Positions 9,171 through 19,291 are shown, counted from the stretch's first letter. The stretch: DNA of 64,000 nt from an uncultured delta proteobacterium (GCA_963728565.1 CAVSLC010000013.1:1-64000); one strand, 5' to 3'. The notes: generated by a model from the letters alone, not told the origin. Translations and numbers: made by a program.

Positions 9171-10229
9171 ATGATCCGCGTGGCTGTGATTGGCTACGGC
9201 TACTGGGGACCAAACCTTGTGCGCAATTTCGACGAGTCGTCGGCGTCGAGTGTGGTCATGGTGAGCGACTTGCAGAGCGAGCGCCTGAAAAAGGTTCGAG
9301 CTCGCTATCCTTTGGTCAAAACGACGCCGGATTATCGACGTCTGATTGCGGACACCTCTATCGATGCAATCATTATCGCTACGCCTTTGTCGACTCATTT
9401 CGAGCTTGCCTTACAGGCACTGCAGGCTGGGAAACATGTGTTGGTGGAGAAGCCTTTCACGGAGAACTCCGAACAGGCGATCCGACTCATTGACGAGGCT
9501 TCTCGGCGCAACCTCGTGCTGATGGTAGACCACACGTTTGTTTATACGGGTGCTGTGCGCAAGATGAGAGAACTGGTGGTAAGCGGTGGACTGGGTGACA
9601 TCTACTACTATGATTCGGTGCGCGTCAATCTGGGGCTGTTCCAGCACGATGCTTCTGTGATTTGGGACTTAGCCGTCCATGATCTCTCGATCATGGACTA
9701 TATATTGAACTTACAACCGGCCGCCGTATCGGCCACGGGTATGGGCCATATCCCGGGAGAGCCAGAGGACGTGGCCTATTTGACTTTGTTCTTCGATGGT
9801 CACCTGATTGGCCACATTCACGTCAACTGGTTGGCGCCGGTTAAGGTGCGCCGGACTCTGATCGGCGCGAGTTCTAAGATGATCGTCTATGACGATCTGG
9901 AACCTAGCGAGAAGGTCAAGGTTTACGATAAAGGAATTACAATCAACAACGGAGAAGAGAAGTATCGGATGTTCGTCGGCTACCGTACCGGCGACATGTG
10001 GGCGCCGCAATTGGACATAACCGAGGCCCTGCGGACGGAGATCGATCATTTTCTGCATTGTATTGAACATGGCGAACCCGCAATCACCGATGGGGAGGCG
10101 GGTCTGCGGGTAGTCCAGCTTTTAGAAGCCTCTACGCAATCCGTGACTCATCATGGTAGGCCGGTGGAAGTCAATCATTACGTGTCTCGTGATTCGGTCG
10201 CTGGCCAGCCGAAAACCTGGCAACTATAG
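9171..10229 (+). CDS. Gfo/Idh/MocA-family oxidoreductase (nucleotide-sugar dehydrogenase, WbpB-like)
   Basis: GYGYWGPN, KHVLVEKP, WDLAVHD motifs. Confidence 0.9.
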   Translation: MIRVAVIGYGYWGPNLVRNFDESSASSVVMVSDLQSERLKKVRARYPLVKTTPDYRRLIADTSIDAIIIATPLSTHFELALQALQAGKHVLVEKPFTENSEQAIRLIDEASRRNLVLMVDHTFVYTGAVRKMRELVVSGGLGDIYYYDSVRVNLGLFQHDASVIWDLAVHDLSIMDYILNLQPAAVSATGMGHIPGEPEDVAYLTLFFDGHLIGHIHVNWLAPVKVRRTLIGASSKMIVYDDLEPSEKVKVYDKGITINNGEEKYRMFVGYRTGDMWAPQLDITEALRTEIDHFLHCIEHGEPAITDGEAGLRVVQLLEASTQSVTHHGRPVEVNHYVSRDSVAGQPKTWQL

Positions 10230-10254
10230 ATGCAACTATTGAAAGTATTGGGTT

Positions 10255-11016
10255 ATGGCAAATCCGCTGATTAGCTGCATCATTCCGGTCTTTAATGGAG
10301 AACGATATTTGGGAGAGGCGCTCGACAGCATTTTAGCGCAGACGTACCGGCCAATCGAGATCATCGTCATCGATGACGGCTCTACGGATGGCACAGGTGA
10401 GTTAGTAGCTCGGTACGGCGACCGGATTCGCTACTTCAGACAGAACAATAAAGGGGCGCCAACGGCGCGTAACTCTGGTCTAGGTGCAGCAGGCGGTGCG
10501 TTTGTAGCTTTCCTCGATTCGGATGATCTCTGGCATCCGGAGAAGTTAGAGCGTCAGATGGCACGCTTTGAAGCGCGGCCTGAACTCGACCTGTGTGTTA
10601 CGCATTTGCAAAGATTTTGGATCCCGCAATTAGAGACAGAGAGAAAGCGGTTTCAGGATCATCGTTTAGCGGAGGTTTTACCCGGTTACATTACACAGAC
10701 ACTCCTGGCGCGGCGTAACGTCTTTGACTCCGTTGGCAACTTCAACGCTTCAAGGCGCGTCGGCGACCCCATGGATTGGTTTTTGCGCGCGGCTGAACAG
10801 CGCGTGGTCATGGAGTTGTTGCCTGATTTATTGGTTTATCAGCGAATGCACGAGAATAATCTTTCGGTAGAGCTGGGCACGCGTGCAATGAAACCGGACA
10901 TGCAAGATGCGATCTTGGACGTGGTCAAAGCGTCTCTTGATCGACGGCGGAGTCGGAACGAGACGAGCCTGATGCCTCTTAACTTTCCGACTCCCCATCA
11001 ACGCGACAAACAATAG
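10255..11016 (+). CDS. Glycosyltransferase family 2 (paralog family A)
   Basis: ISCIIPVFNGERYL, DDGSTD, FLDSDDLW; closest by eye to 5398-6111 (VGDPxDWF). Confidence 0.9.
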   Translation: MANPLISCIIPVFNGERYLGEALDSILAQTYRPIEIIVIDDGSTDGTGELVARYGDRIRYFRQNNKGAPTARNSGLGAAGGAFVAFLDSDDLWHPEKLERQMARFEARPELDLCVTHLQRFWIPQLETERKRFQDHRLAEVLPGYITQTLLARRNVFDSVGNFNASRRVGDPMDWFLRAAEQRVVMELLPDLLVYQRMHENNLSVELGTRAMKPDMQDAILDVVKASLDRRRSRNETSLMPLNFPTPHQRDKQ

Positions 11017-11128
11017 CTAACCGTCGAGAGTGATCGAGGCATGACCTATCCGGAGCGAGGCAATAAGCCTTGTCTTGAAAGGGCCGGAAAACTGAGTTGG
11101 TGGAGCGAATGCCTCGACTGGGCCAAGT

Positions 11129-11345
11129 GAGCTGGTCGACAGGTTAGTTCAAGGAAATCTGTTCATTCCTTCAGAGTACGCCTGCGCTATTCGTTACTAG
11201 AAACGATTGACCAGCAGGAAAAAGTTCCGTAGGAGATTCCTAAGCTCAATATTTATAGAGAAATGGCAGGCCTGCTGGCACTCGATGCACCGTTTCCGGA
11301 TCTTGGTGCCACCCTTGGAAGGACTCGGACGAATCTTGCAAACGA
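11129..11345 (+). pseudogene. Decayed fourth copy of the PqqD/RRE-leader gene (3' part)
   Basis: ELVDRLVQGNLFIPSE ... KVP*EIPKLNIYREMAGLLALDAPFPDLGAT/WKDSDESCK, with stops and frameshifts. Confidence 0.85.
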
Positions 11346-11364
11346 CAGCGAAATGCAATCGTGC

Positions 11365-11486
11365 ATGAATTCACTTTTGTTCAGTTGCATCATGCCGGTA
11401 TTCAACGGGGAGCGCTCCCCGAGAAGCCCTCGACAGCATCCTGGCGCAGACCTAGCGTCCTATCGAGATTATTGTTGTCGACGACG
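11365..11486 (+). pseudogene. Decayed GT2 5' fragment
   Basis: MNSLLFSCIMPVFNGER / REALDSILAQT*RPIEIIVVDD. Confidence 0.85.
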
Positions 11487-11638
11487 CGGCGAGACAAGAA
11501 AACCTAGACTCGCAATCAGGCACTTAATCATTTCCAATATCACTGTTTCGCTTTGGGCAAATTAGACGATAGGGATTATGGCTCACTTCGATCGTTTGGG
11601 TATTTATCGCAAGGCAAAAATTAGCTGGGAGGATTGCT

Positions 11639-12085
11639 ATGTTGAATTTGCACCATTGTTTTCGGCCGCGGGAGGAGGAAGTCGCATCGAAAGTTATCGA
11701 TGGCGAGGCCATCATCATCAATCTGGCCAACGGGGTTTATTACAGTATGGATAAAGCGGGCGCCTTTATCTGGGATCTGCTCCAGGCCGGGCACACTTTG
11801 GAAGAGGTAATCGCGGCCGTCACCGAGCATTACGACGTTTCCCGCCAGCAGGCAGAGTCGAATGTTCAAGAGCTGATCCAGGAGCTTGTTCAAGAGAATC
11901 TGGTAATTTCGTCAGAGAACGGCAAAGCCGCGCCGGCCCAGTCGACCGCCAATGGCGACAAATTGCCCTACGAGCTTCCCAAGCTCAACATCTATCGGGA
12001 TATGGGAGACCTGCTGGCATTGGACCCGCCGGTTCCGGGTCTCGGCGATACGCCTTGGAAGGATCCGAATGATTCTTCCAAGTGA
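11639..12085 (+). CDS. PqqD/RRE-family protein with lasso-leader-like extension (copy 2)
   Basis: Protein identical to copies 1 and 3; has a different upstream region with RBS GGAGGA. Confidence 0.85.
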   Translation: MLNLHHCFRPREEEVASKVIDGEAIIINLANGVYYSMDKAGAFIWDLLQAGHTLEEVIAAVTEHYDVSRQQAESNVQELIQELVQENLVISSENGKAAPAQSTANGDKLPYELPKLNIYRDMGDLLALDPPVPGLGDTPWKDPNDSSK

Positions 12086-12136
12086 GCAATCTCGGCGCTT
12101 CGCATTAGTGTATTTTTTACCGTAAGTGGTTTTGCC

Positions 12137-12883
12137 ATGGTAGGACCTTCCATCAGTTGTATCGTGCCGGTTTTTAATGGCGAGCGCTATCTGAGCGAGG
12201 CGTTGGACAGCATTTTTGCCCAAGTCTATCGGCCGCTGGAAGTTATCGTTGTAAATGATGGATCAACCGACGGCACCGCTCGGGTGCTGGCCGGATATAA
12301 ACACCGCCTGCTCTACCTGGAGCAGGCGGACAAAGGACCCGCCGCATCCCGGAATCTCGGAGTGAGCACTGCGCGAGGTGAGTTCGTGGCTTTTCTCGAT
12401 CAGGATGATCTCTGGCATCCGCAAAAACTCGCGCGGCAGATCGCCCGGTTTGAAGCCCGACCCGAACTCGATCTGTGCATTGCGCACGTGCAAATGTTTT
12501 GGGTTCCGGAGCTGCAGGGAGAAGCTGCGCGCTTGACCAATCAGCCACGCGGGAACGTCGTGGCCGGCTATACGACCGGAACTCTGTTAACCCGCCGGAT
12601 CTTCTTCGAGGCCGCGGGCGGCTTCGATACCACATTGTGGTTTGGAGACGCGACCGACTGGTTCTTACGCTTGGCCGATGGAAAAGCTGTCATGGAGTTG
12701 TTGCCCGACGTTTTGCTTTATCATCGAATGCACCGGGCCAACCTTACCCGGCGGCGTAGTGCCGCCAGTAGAGATGAATTCCTTCGCATCGTGAAACGAT
12801 CCCTCGACCAGCGCCGGCCGGACGGGGAGAGAGCGACCTCTCTGAAGTTTCCAACGTCTCTGGGTGTTGGAAAAGGACGATAG
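12137..12883 (+). CDS. Glycosyltransferase family 2 (paralog family A)
   Basis: ISCIVPVFNGERYL, NDGSTD, FLDQDDLW, QMFWVPEL. Confidence 0.9.
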   Translation: MVGPSISCIVPVFNGERYLSEALDSIFAQVYRPLEVIVVNDGSTDGTARVLAGYKHRLLYLEQADKGPAASRNLGVSTARGEFVAFLDQDDLWHPQKLARQIARFEARPELDLCIAHVQMFWVPELQGEAARLTNQPRGNVVAGYTTGTLLTRRIFFEAAGGFDTTLWFGDATDWFLRLADGKAVMELLPDVLLYHRMHRANLTRRRSAASRDEFLRIVKRSLDQRRPDGERATSLKFPTSLGVGKGR

Positions 12884-12971
12884 AGTTACTTAGAACTGAG
12901 ATAACTACCTAAATGCAAAAAACGCTAAACCTCTTTCGGCAACTGCCTCAACCGAAACCGGGCGGTTGAAG

Positions 12972-14081
12972 ATGGCGAGGATCTTGTTCTGGACCGAACT
13001 GTTTTGGCCCTACATAGGAGGCGTCCAGGTCCTGGCGGCCAGGACACTGCCGATTTTACGGCAGCGCGGGTATGAATTTGCCGTGATAACGTCGCATGGT
13101 GATCGCGATCTTCCTGATGTAGATAGCTATGAAGGCATTCCCATAAATCGTTTTCATTTTTGGCAAGCTATCGCTACGCGTGACATAGATCTTTTGAGCG
13201 AATCGAAACGCCAGGTCGCCCAGCTTAAGCAAACTTTTAAACCGCATCTGATCCACATCAATGTCACTGATCCAAGCGTTTTTTTTCACCTGCAGACGGC
13301 CCAAGCTTATCCGGCTCCGATGTTGGTCTCACTCCGCGTCGGATTGCCTAAACAAAGTTTCGCGTCCGACTCCTTGCTCAAGCGGACTTTCTCTGCTGCG
13401 AACTGGATCACGGCAAATTCGAAGGCTTTACTGGCCCAGGCGCGCGGGATGTTTCCAGAGATCAGTTCGATGTCGTCGGTGATCTATAACGGGTTGGAGT
13501 TACCGGACATTCCGGTCGAACCACTTTCATTCGAGAGGCCCCGGCTGGTATGCGCGGGCCGACTCGTCTGGGATAAGGGTTTTGACATGGCTTTGGCAGC
13601 GATGGCTTTGCTGGCGGAGCGTTTTCCGGCACTGCAGATGAGCGTCGTCGGCGATGGCCCGGCCCGCGCTCAACTGGAGCGGCAAACGGTGGATCTCGGC
13701 CTCGATAAGGCTGTGACATTTGTCGGTTGGGTAGATCCCGGACGAATTTGCACGTTCATGAAATCAGCGACCATCGTAATTATGCCGTCCCGATGGGAAG
13801 AAGCATTTGGGTTGGTCGCGCTGGAGGCGGCATTGATGGCCCGGCCGGTTGTGGCGACGCGGGTCGGAGGACTTCCGGAAGTAGTCATGGACGGAAACAC
13901 AGGATTGATCGTGCCGAAGGACGATCACCGCGCCTTGGCCGACGCTATAGCTTTTCTTCTCGATCATCCTGAACAAGCAATGTTGATGGGCAATGCGGCT
14001 CGGTTAAGAGCGCGAGAAATTTTCAGTTTAGCGCGCTACGTCGATGCCTATGATGCTCTTTACCGTACGATGATCGACTGA
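12972..14081 (+). CDS. Glycosyltransferase family 4 (paralog family B)
   Basis: RILFWTELFWPYIGG, GRLVWDKG, EAFGLVALEA (EX7E), VGGLPEVV. Confidence 0.9.
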   Translation: MARILFWTELFWPYIGGVQVLAARTLPILRQRGYEFAVITSHGDRDLPDVDSYEGIPINRFHFWQAIATRDIDLLSESKRQVAQLKQTFKPHLIHINVTDPSVFFHLQTAQAYPAPMLVSLRVGLPKQSFASDSLLKRTFSAANWITANSKALLAQARGMFPEISSMSSVIYNGLELPDIPVEPLSFERPRLVCAGRLVWDKGFDMALAAMALLAERFPALQMSVVGDGPARAQLERQTVDLGLDKAVTFVGWVDPGRICTFMKSATIVIMPSRWEEAFGLVALEAALMARPVVATRVGGLPEVVMDGNTGLIVPKDDHRALADAIAFLLDHPEQAMLMGNAARLRAREIFSLARYVDAYDALYRTMID

Positions 14082-14146
14082 GATCTACGCGCCTTATTTT
14101 CTTACTTGTTGTTGCTTGAAAGCTCTCGAGCGCAACCGGGAAGCCG

Positions 14147-14715
14147 TTCTTCGATTCCGTTTCAACTATCTACAGATTCGATCTGAAATTTAGATCTCTA
14201 AAATCACGCACGAAGGGAGTCTTTATGTTGAATTTGCACCATTGTTTTCGGCCGCGGGAGGAGGAAGTCGCATCGAAAGTTATCGATGGCGAGGCCATCA
14301 TCATCAATCTGGCCAACGGGGTTTATTACAGTATGGATAAAGCGGGCGCCTTTATCTGGGATCTACTCCAGGCAGGGCACACTTTGGAAGAGGTAATCGC
14401 GGCCGTCACCGAGCATTACGACGTTTCCCGCCAGCAGGCAGAGTCGAATGTTCAAGAGCTGATCCAGGAGCTTGTTCAAGAGAATCTGGTAATTTCGTCA
14501 GAGAACGGCAAAGCCGCGCCGGCGCAGTCGACCGCCAATGGCGACAAATTGCCCTACGAGCTTCCCAAGCTCAACATCTATCGGGATATGGGAGACCTGC
14601 TGGCATTGGACCCGCCGGTTCCGGGTCTCGGCGATACGCCTTGGAAGGATCCGAATGATTCTTCCAAGTGAGCAGATCACCAGCTCGATGCCCATGAACT
14701 CGCCATTGGTAAGTT
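14147..14715 (+). repeat. Repeat copy 3: upstream region + PqqD/RRE gene + GT2 5' end
   Basis: Near-identical to 6121-6688. Confidence 0.95.
14225..14671 (+). CDS. PqqD/RRE-family protein with lasso-leader-like extension (copy 3)
   Basis: Protein identical to copies 1 and 2. Confidence 0.85.
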   Translation: MLNLHHCFRPREEEVASKVIDGEAIIINLANGVYYSMDKAGAFIWDLLQAGHTLEEVIAAVTEHYDVSRQQAESNVQELIQELVQENLVISSENGKAAPAQSTANGDKLPYELPKLNIYRDMGDLLALDPPVPGLGDTPWKDPNDSSK

Positions 14716-15398
14716 GCGTCGTTCCTGTCTTTAACGGTGAACGTTATCTGCGGGAAGCGCTAGATAGCATTTTGGCGCAGACATATCGTCCATTGGAGAT
14801 CATCGTTGCCGATGATGGGTCCACCGATGAAACCCCAAAGATTGTCGCGGCTTTCGGGAATCGGCTGCGGTATCTGAGACAGGGCAATCAGGGACCCGCG
14901 GCCGCACGAAACCTGGGCATACGCGCCGCCACAGGTGAATTCATCGCTTTTCTCGATGCCGATGATTTATGGCACGCCGAGAAGTTGGAGCGCCAGATGG
15001 CGCGGTTTCAGGTTCGCCCAGAGCTCGATTACTGCGTGACCTACACACAGAACTTCTGGGTCCTGGAACTGCGCTTGGAAGCCGAAAGGTATCGGCGCAA
15101 TCGTGTTGCTCAGCCGCTGCCTGGATATGTTACGCAAACACTCTTCGCACGGCGCGCTGTATTTGATTCAGTCGGTCTGTTCAATACCGCGTTGGCCCAT
15201 GGTGACAGTACGGAATGGTTTTTACGCGCGGCGGAACACGGCGCGGTGATGGAGCTGTTGCCTCAGGTCCTCACGCGTCGCCGCCTCCATTCAGAAAACC
15301 GAAGCCGACTTCGCGCTTCTGATAGTCGCGAAGAATTTCTCCGCATTGTAAAATCGTCTCTGGATCGACGGCGCCGGAGCGACCATCCGGCGCGTTGA
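14688..15398 (+). CDS. Glycosyltransferase family 2 (paralog family A)
   Basis: VSCVVPVFNGERYL, ADDGSTD, FLDADDLW; start ATG 14688 or 14694. Confidence 0.9.
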   Translation: MPMNSPLVSCVVPVFNGERYLREALDSILAQTYRPLEIIVADDGSTDETPKIVAAFGNRLRYLRQGNQGPAAARNLGIRAATGEFIAFLDADDLWHAEKLERQMARFQVRPELDYCVTYTQNFWVLELRLEAERYRRNRVAQPLPGYVTQTLFARRAVFDSVGLFNTALAHGDSTEWFLRAAEHGAVMELLPQVLTRRRLHSENRSRLRASDSREEFLRIVKSSLDRRRRSDHPAR

Positions 15399-15458
15399 AA
15401 ACGTCACTTCTGCCGCGACTCCCGGGACCTTTACCCGTCCTCTTCTCCCTGAGAGCTA

Positions 15459-16592
15459 ATGACGATGCGGATTTTGCTTTGGCAAGAATTGTTCTGGCCT
15501 CACATTGGCGGTATTGAAATCCTCTCTACGAAATTGCTTTGCGCTCTCCGAGAGCGCGGCCACGAAGTCGTCGTAGTGACGCGCCGGGATAGTCCCGACT
15601 TGCCTTGCCAGTCAGAGTACCAGGGAATTCCGGTCTATCGTTATCCTTTTCCTTGGACCGCTTTTGCCGATGGCAATCTGGACCAACTGATGGAGACACG
15701 CCAGCAGGTTGCGAGGCTCAAGCGCTCCTTCGGGCCTGATCTCGTCCATTTGAATTCCGTGGGTCCTAGTTTTTTCTTTTATCAGATCACGGGCAACGCA
15801 CAGCCGACACCTTTGTTGGTTACTTTACATACAACGCTACAATCGATTTTGCCGATGGGGGCTCTCAGCCAAGATGGTCTGTTGAGGAAAACTCTCCGCA
15901 TGGCTAATTGGGTCGCTTGCGTCTCCGCAGCCGTTTTGGTTGAAGCGCGCCAACTGGCTCCGGAGATAAATCCCTATTCTTCAGTCATCTACAACGGGCT
16001 GGAGGTCACTAGTCCGCCAATGAATTTAGCCCGCGTTGATTCCCCACAGTTATTGTGCTTGGGGCGCTTGGTTCCGGATAAAGGATTCGATCTCGCAATC
16101 GCCGCGTTCGCGGCGATTGCCGATGATTTCCCGCAGTTGCGCTTGACGATTGCCGGTGATGGTCCGGCACGCTTATCTCTAGAAAAGCAGGCAGCGGCTT
16201 TGGGGGTGGCGCGTTCGGTTGACTTTGTTGGTTGGGTGCCGCCGGAGAAAGTCGCCGAGTTGATTAATCTCGCGACGATTGTAGTCATGCCATCACACCG
16301 CGAGGGACTTCCAACGGTCGCGTTGGAAGCGGCATTGATGGCGCGCCCGGTTGTGGGCACGCAAGTAGGCGGGTTTCCCGAAGTCGTATTACATCGGAAG
16401 ACCGGATGGTTGGTGCTTCCCGGAGACGAAAACGCCTTGGCGGAGGCATTGCTGCTCCTGCTTAACGCGCCCGCTATCGCCGTTGAATTGGGTGAGGCAG
16501 CTCGCATACGGGCACGAGAGGTCTTTAGTTTTGAACGTTATATCGACGCTTACGAGAACCTGTACTGCAGACTGACTGCAGGAAATCGTTAA
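15459..16592 (+). CDS. Glycosyltransferase family 4 (paralog family B)
   Basis: RILLWQELFWPHIGG, GRLVPDKG, EGLPTVALEA. Confidence 0.9.
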   Translation: MTMRILLWQELFWPHIGGIEILSTKLLCALRERGHEVVVVTRRDSPDLPCQSEYQGIPVYRYPFPWTAFADGNLDQLMETRQQVARLKRSFGPDLVHLNSVGPSFFFYQITGNAQPTPLLVTLHTTLQSILPMGALSQDGLLRKTLRMANWVACVSAAVLVEARQLAPEINPYSSVIYNGLEVTSPPMNLARVDSPQLLCLGRLVPDKGFDLAIAAFAAIADDFPQLRLTIAGDGPARLSLEKQAAALGVARSVDFVGWVPPEKVAELINLATIVVMPSHREGLPTVALEAALMARPVVGTQVGGFPEVVLHRKTGWLVLPGDENALAEALLLLLNAPAIAVELGEAARIRAREVFSFERYIDAYENLYCRLTAGNR

Positions 16593-16869
16593 CCATGCGA
16601 ACGACGGGAGATCGACGAGACGAAGCGAATCTTCAGGATACCTGATGGGCGAATCGGTTTGTCATCATGCTGAGATCGCAGCCCTGGAAAGAATCGGTTG
16701 CGCTTAGAATTACAAGCAGGATTGTGATGTGAAGTAACCAATGCCGGAACCCGCGCTCGGTGCGAGTGCAAAGTGAAGTACGGTCCGTCATTGGTGCCAT
16801 CGTAAGATCAAGAGAAATTCCAGTCAGCTAGAAGCTGTCGTGAACGGGCAGATAGTTCAGGCTCTAACC

Positions 16870-17702
16870 ATGATAAGAGCACATACTTGTTTCATCGTAT
16901 GCGCGACGCCGCGTTCCGGCAGCTCGCTCCTGTGCGAAGCTCTCTGGAACACCCGTCTCGCCGGACGGGCGGAAAATATTTTAATCGAGAGAGCGAGGCC
17001 ATATGGCGGGCAAGGCACGGCATCGATTCCACTATCGACTATTTACGCTGGTTGATGGATCGCGGAACATCGTCCAACGCCGTCTTCGGCGCAAAAATCA
17101 TGTGGCATCAAATGACTTACTGTATTCAACTGCTTCGGCAGCTCCCGGACTATCGAAGCCATAATCGGGGAAGCATCCCGGAATTGATCTCGACCGTTTT
17201 TCCCAATCTCTTCTATGTCTGGATTACCCGTAGCGATAAAGTGAGGCAGGCGGTCTCGATCGATATCGCGCTTCAAACCGGAAATTATGCGTGGATCGGT
17301 GATCAGAAGCCTAGTTCGAAGACAGAGCCGGAATTTAACTTCAACCGCATCGATTTTCAGATGCATCGCATCGTCGCTTCTGAACTGGGCTGGCAACAGT
17401 ATTTTACTAAAGCCGGGGTTACTCCATTCGAAGTATCATACGAAGAGTTCGTGGTGCGGTACGAGGAGACCACACGTGCGATTGGATTATCTAGCTGTTC
17501 ATATTCCGGTCGATCAGAATTTCTCGGCAAACCCAAATTGAAGAAGATGTCGGGTGGCTTGAACGATGAATGGGTACGGCGGTATCACGAGATCAAGGCG
17601 CGGCAGCCTGCGGACAACGATCGCATCCGCCAGCGTCTCGCCGAATGGTTTGTTACGATCCCGAAAACATCTAAGCAGAATGGTCGTAATCGACTACCCT
17701 GA
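16870..17702 (+). pseudogene. Stf0-family sulfotransferase with apparent frameshifts
   Basis: 5'-PSB motif CATPRSGSSLLC in one frame, shifting near 16975 to YFNRE...FGAKIMW...RSDKVRQAVS; a further pair of compensating shifts near 17480-17525. Confidence 0.8.
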
Positions 17703-17768
17703 CGACAGTCTGTTCTGTTCTCCGTTTCCAACCAGCTCCGGTTAGCTGCTGAAAGCTAGAGATGCGAC

Positions 17769-18464
17769 ATGTCTCCAATAATCAGTTGTATTATTCCTGT
17801 TTATAACGGCGAGCGATACCTGGCGGAAACTCTGAACAGCGTTGTGGAGCAAACATATCGGCCTTTGGAGATCATTGTGATTGATGACGGCTCGACGGAC
17901 GGATCTTCAAGGGTCGCAGAAGCATTCGGTCGGCACGTTCAGTACTGCTGGCAGGAGAACGCCGGGGAAGCGGCAGCGCGTAACCGCGGGTTGAGCATGG
18001 CGCAAACGGAATTTGTCGCTTTCCTCGATGCCGACGATCTGTGGCATCCTGAGAAGCTCGTCAAGCAAATTGCCAAATTCGAAGGAAACCCTGAAATGGA
18101 TCTTTGTTTCACTGCTTTCCAGAATTTTTGGATCCCAGAGCTTGCCGCCGAACAGCAACGTTATCGGGGATCTCCGCTAGCCCAACCGCAGTCCGCTTGG
18201 AGCACTTCTACAGTCTTAGCTCGTCGCGCGGTTTTCGCAAGGTTCGGGAAGTTTATAGACGACGGTTCTATCCCTGCCGGGAGCGAAAGCATGATTTGGT
18301 TCTTGCGCGCGCAGGAGCAAGGCGCGGTCGTGTCGGTTTTGCCAGAAATCCTGATGTATCGTCGAATGCATACCGCCAATTGCTCGCGAGTGAATCCGCT
18401 TGGATCATTTTTTCCGATTTTGAAGGAGTGGCGAGATTATCAACGCCGAAGACACGGGACTTGA
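17769..18464 (+). CDS. Glycosyltransferase family 2 (paralog family A, subgroup ending ILKEWRDYQRR)
   Basis: ISCIIPVYNGERYL, DDGSTD, FLDADDLW. Confidence 0.9.
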   Translation: MSPIISCIIPVYNGERYLAETLNSVVEQTYRPLEIIVIDDGSTDGSSRVAEAFGRHVQYCWQENAGEAAARNRGLSMAQTEFVAFLDADDLWHPEKLVKQIAKFEGNPEMDLCFTAFQNFWIPELAAEQQRYRGSPLAQPQSAWSTSTVLARRAVFARFGKFIDDGSIPAGSESMIWFLRAQEQGAVVSVLPEILMYRRMHTANCSRVNPLGSFFPILKEWRDYQRRRHGT

Positions 18465-18541
18465 AAGACATTATAGCGGAACGGATGCCCGGTGGGACGA
18501 TTTGAAACCGGCCCGAACTCGCAAATGGTATTTAGTGCTTT

Positions 18542-19240
18542 ATGAACTCGACTCTAATCAGTTGCATCATTCCGGTCTACAACGGCGAACGATATCTGCG
18601 GGAGTCACTGGACAGCCTTTCGGCTCAGACCTATGGGCCGCTGGAGATAATCGTCGCCGACGATGGCTCGACCGATGGAACGCCCGAGGTAGCCCAGAGC
18701 TATGGACAGGGTATTAAATACATCCGACAAACGAACCGGGGATATTGGGCGGCAAAAAATTTGGGCCTTGGCGCGGCGCATGGCGAGTTTGTTGCTTTTC
18801 TCGATGTGGACGATCTCTGGCACCCGGAAAAGCTTGCGCGACAGATGGCCCGGCTTCGGGAACGGCCCGTCATTGATCTGTGCTTTACTCGGTTCCAGAA
18901 CTTTTGGATGCCGGAGCTTGCCGAAGAAGAACGGCGCTATGAGGGTCAATTTCTTTCTCAGCCGCAGTCCGCTTGGAGCATCAGTACCCTTCTGGTGCGG
19001 CGGGCGGTTTTTGAGCGATTCGGCAATTTTGACGACGGCACTAGGGGATTGGAGAACATGACCTGGTTCTTGCGCGCTGCCGGGCGAGGCGCAGTGATTG
19101 AGGTCTTGGCCGATATACTCATGTATCGGCGTTTTAATGTGGAGAGTTTTACGAGAAGAGGGCGCGCGGAAGTGTTTGACAATTTTTTGCCCATTTTGAA
19201 GGAGTGGCGCGACTACCAACGGCGAGGACGACATGGATAA
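18542..19240 (+). CDS. Glycosyltransferase family 2 (tandem paralog of 17769-18464)
   Basis: Shares QPQSAWS and ILKEWRDYQRR with the upstream gene. Confidence 0.9.
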   Translation: MNSTLISCIIPVYNGERYLRESLDSLSAQTYGPLEIIVADDGSTDGTPEVAQSYGQGIKYIRQTNRGYWAAKNLGLGAAHGEFVAFLDVDDLWHPEKLARQMARLRERPVIDLCFTRFQNFWMPELAEEERRYEGQFLSQPQSAWSISTLLVRRAVFERFGNFDDGTRGLENMTWFLRAAGRGAVIEVLADILMYRRFNVESFTRRGRAEVFDNFLPILKEWRDYQRRGRHG

Positions 19241-19291
19241 AAGTAATTTGCTAGCAGCCCTTGACCGGTTACGTCCTTGAGGAGTTCGACC

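Noticed and set aside
11041-11130. 29-aa ORF MTYPERGNKPCLERAGKLSWWSECLDWAK as a stand-alone RiPP precursor
   Set aside because: Weak RBS, no recognisable leader motif, and it abuts a decayed pseudogene; probably chance. Conservation in homologous loci would revive it.
6198-14671. PQQ biosynthesis operon (PqqD + radical SAM)
   Set aside because: No pqqA (ExxxY), pqqB or pqqC seen; the radical SAM proteins do not resemble PqqE; the context is glycosylation.
6121-14715. Triplicated gene as an assembly artefact or IS-mediated repeat
   Set aside because: Each copy has private synonymous substitutions and different flanks; no transposase or terminal inverted repeats seen.
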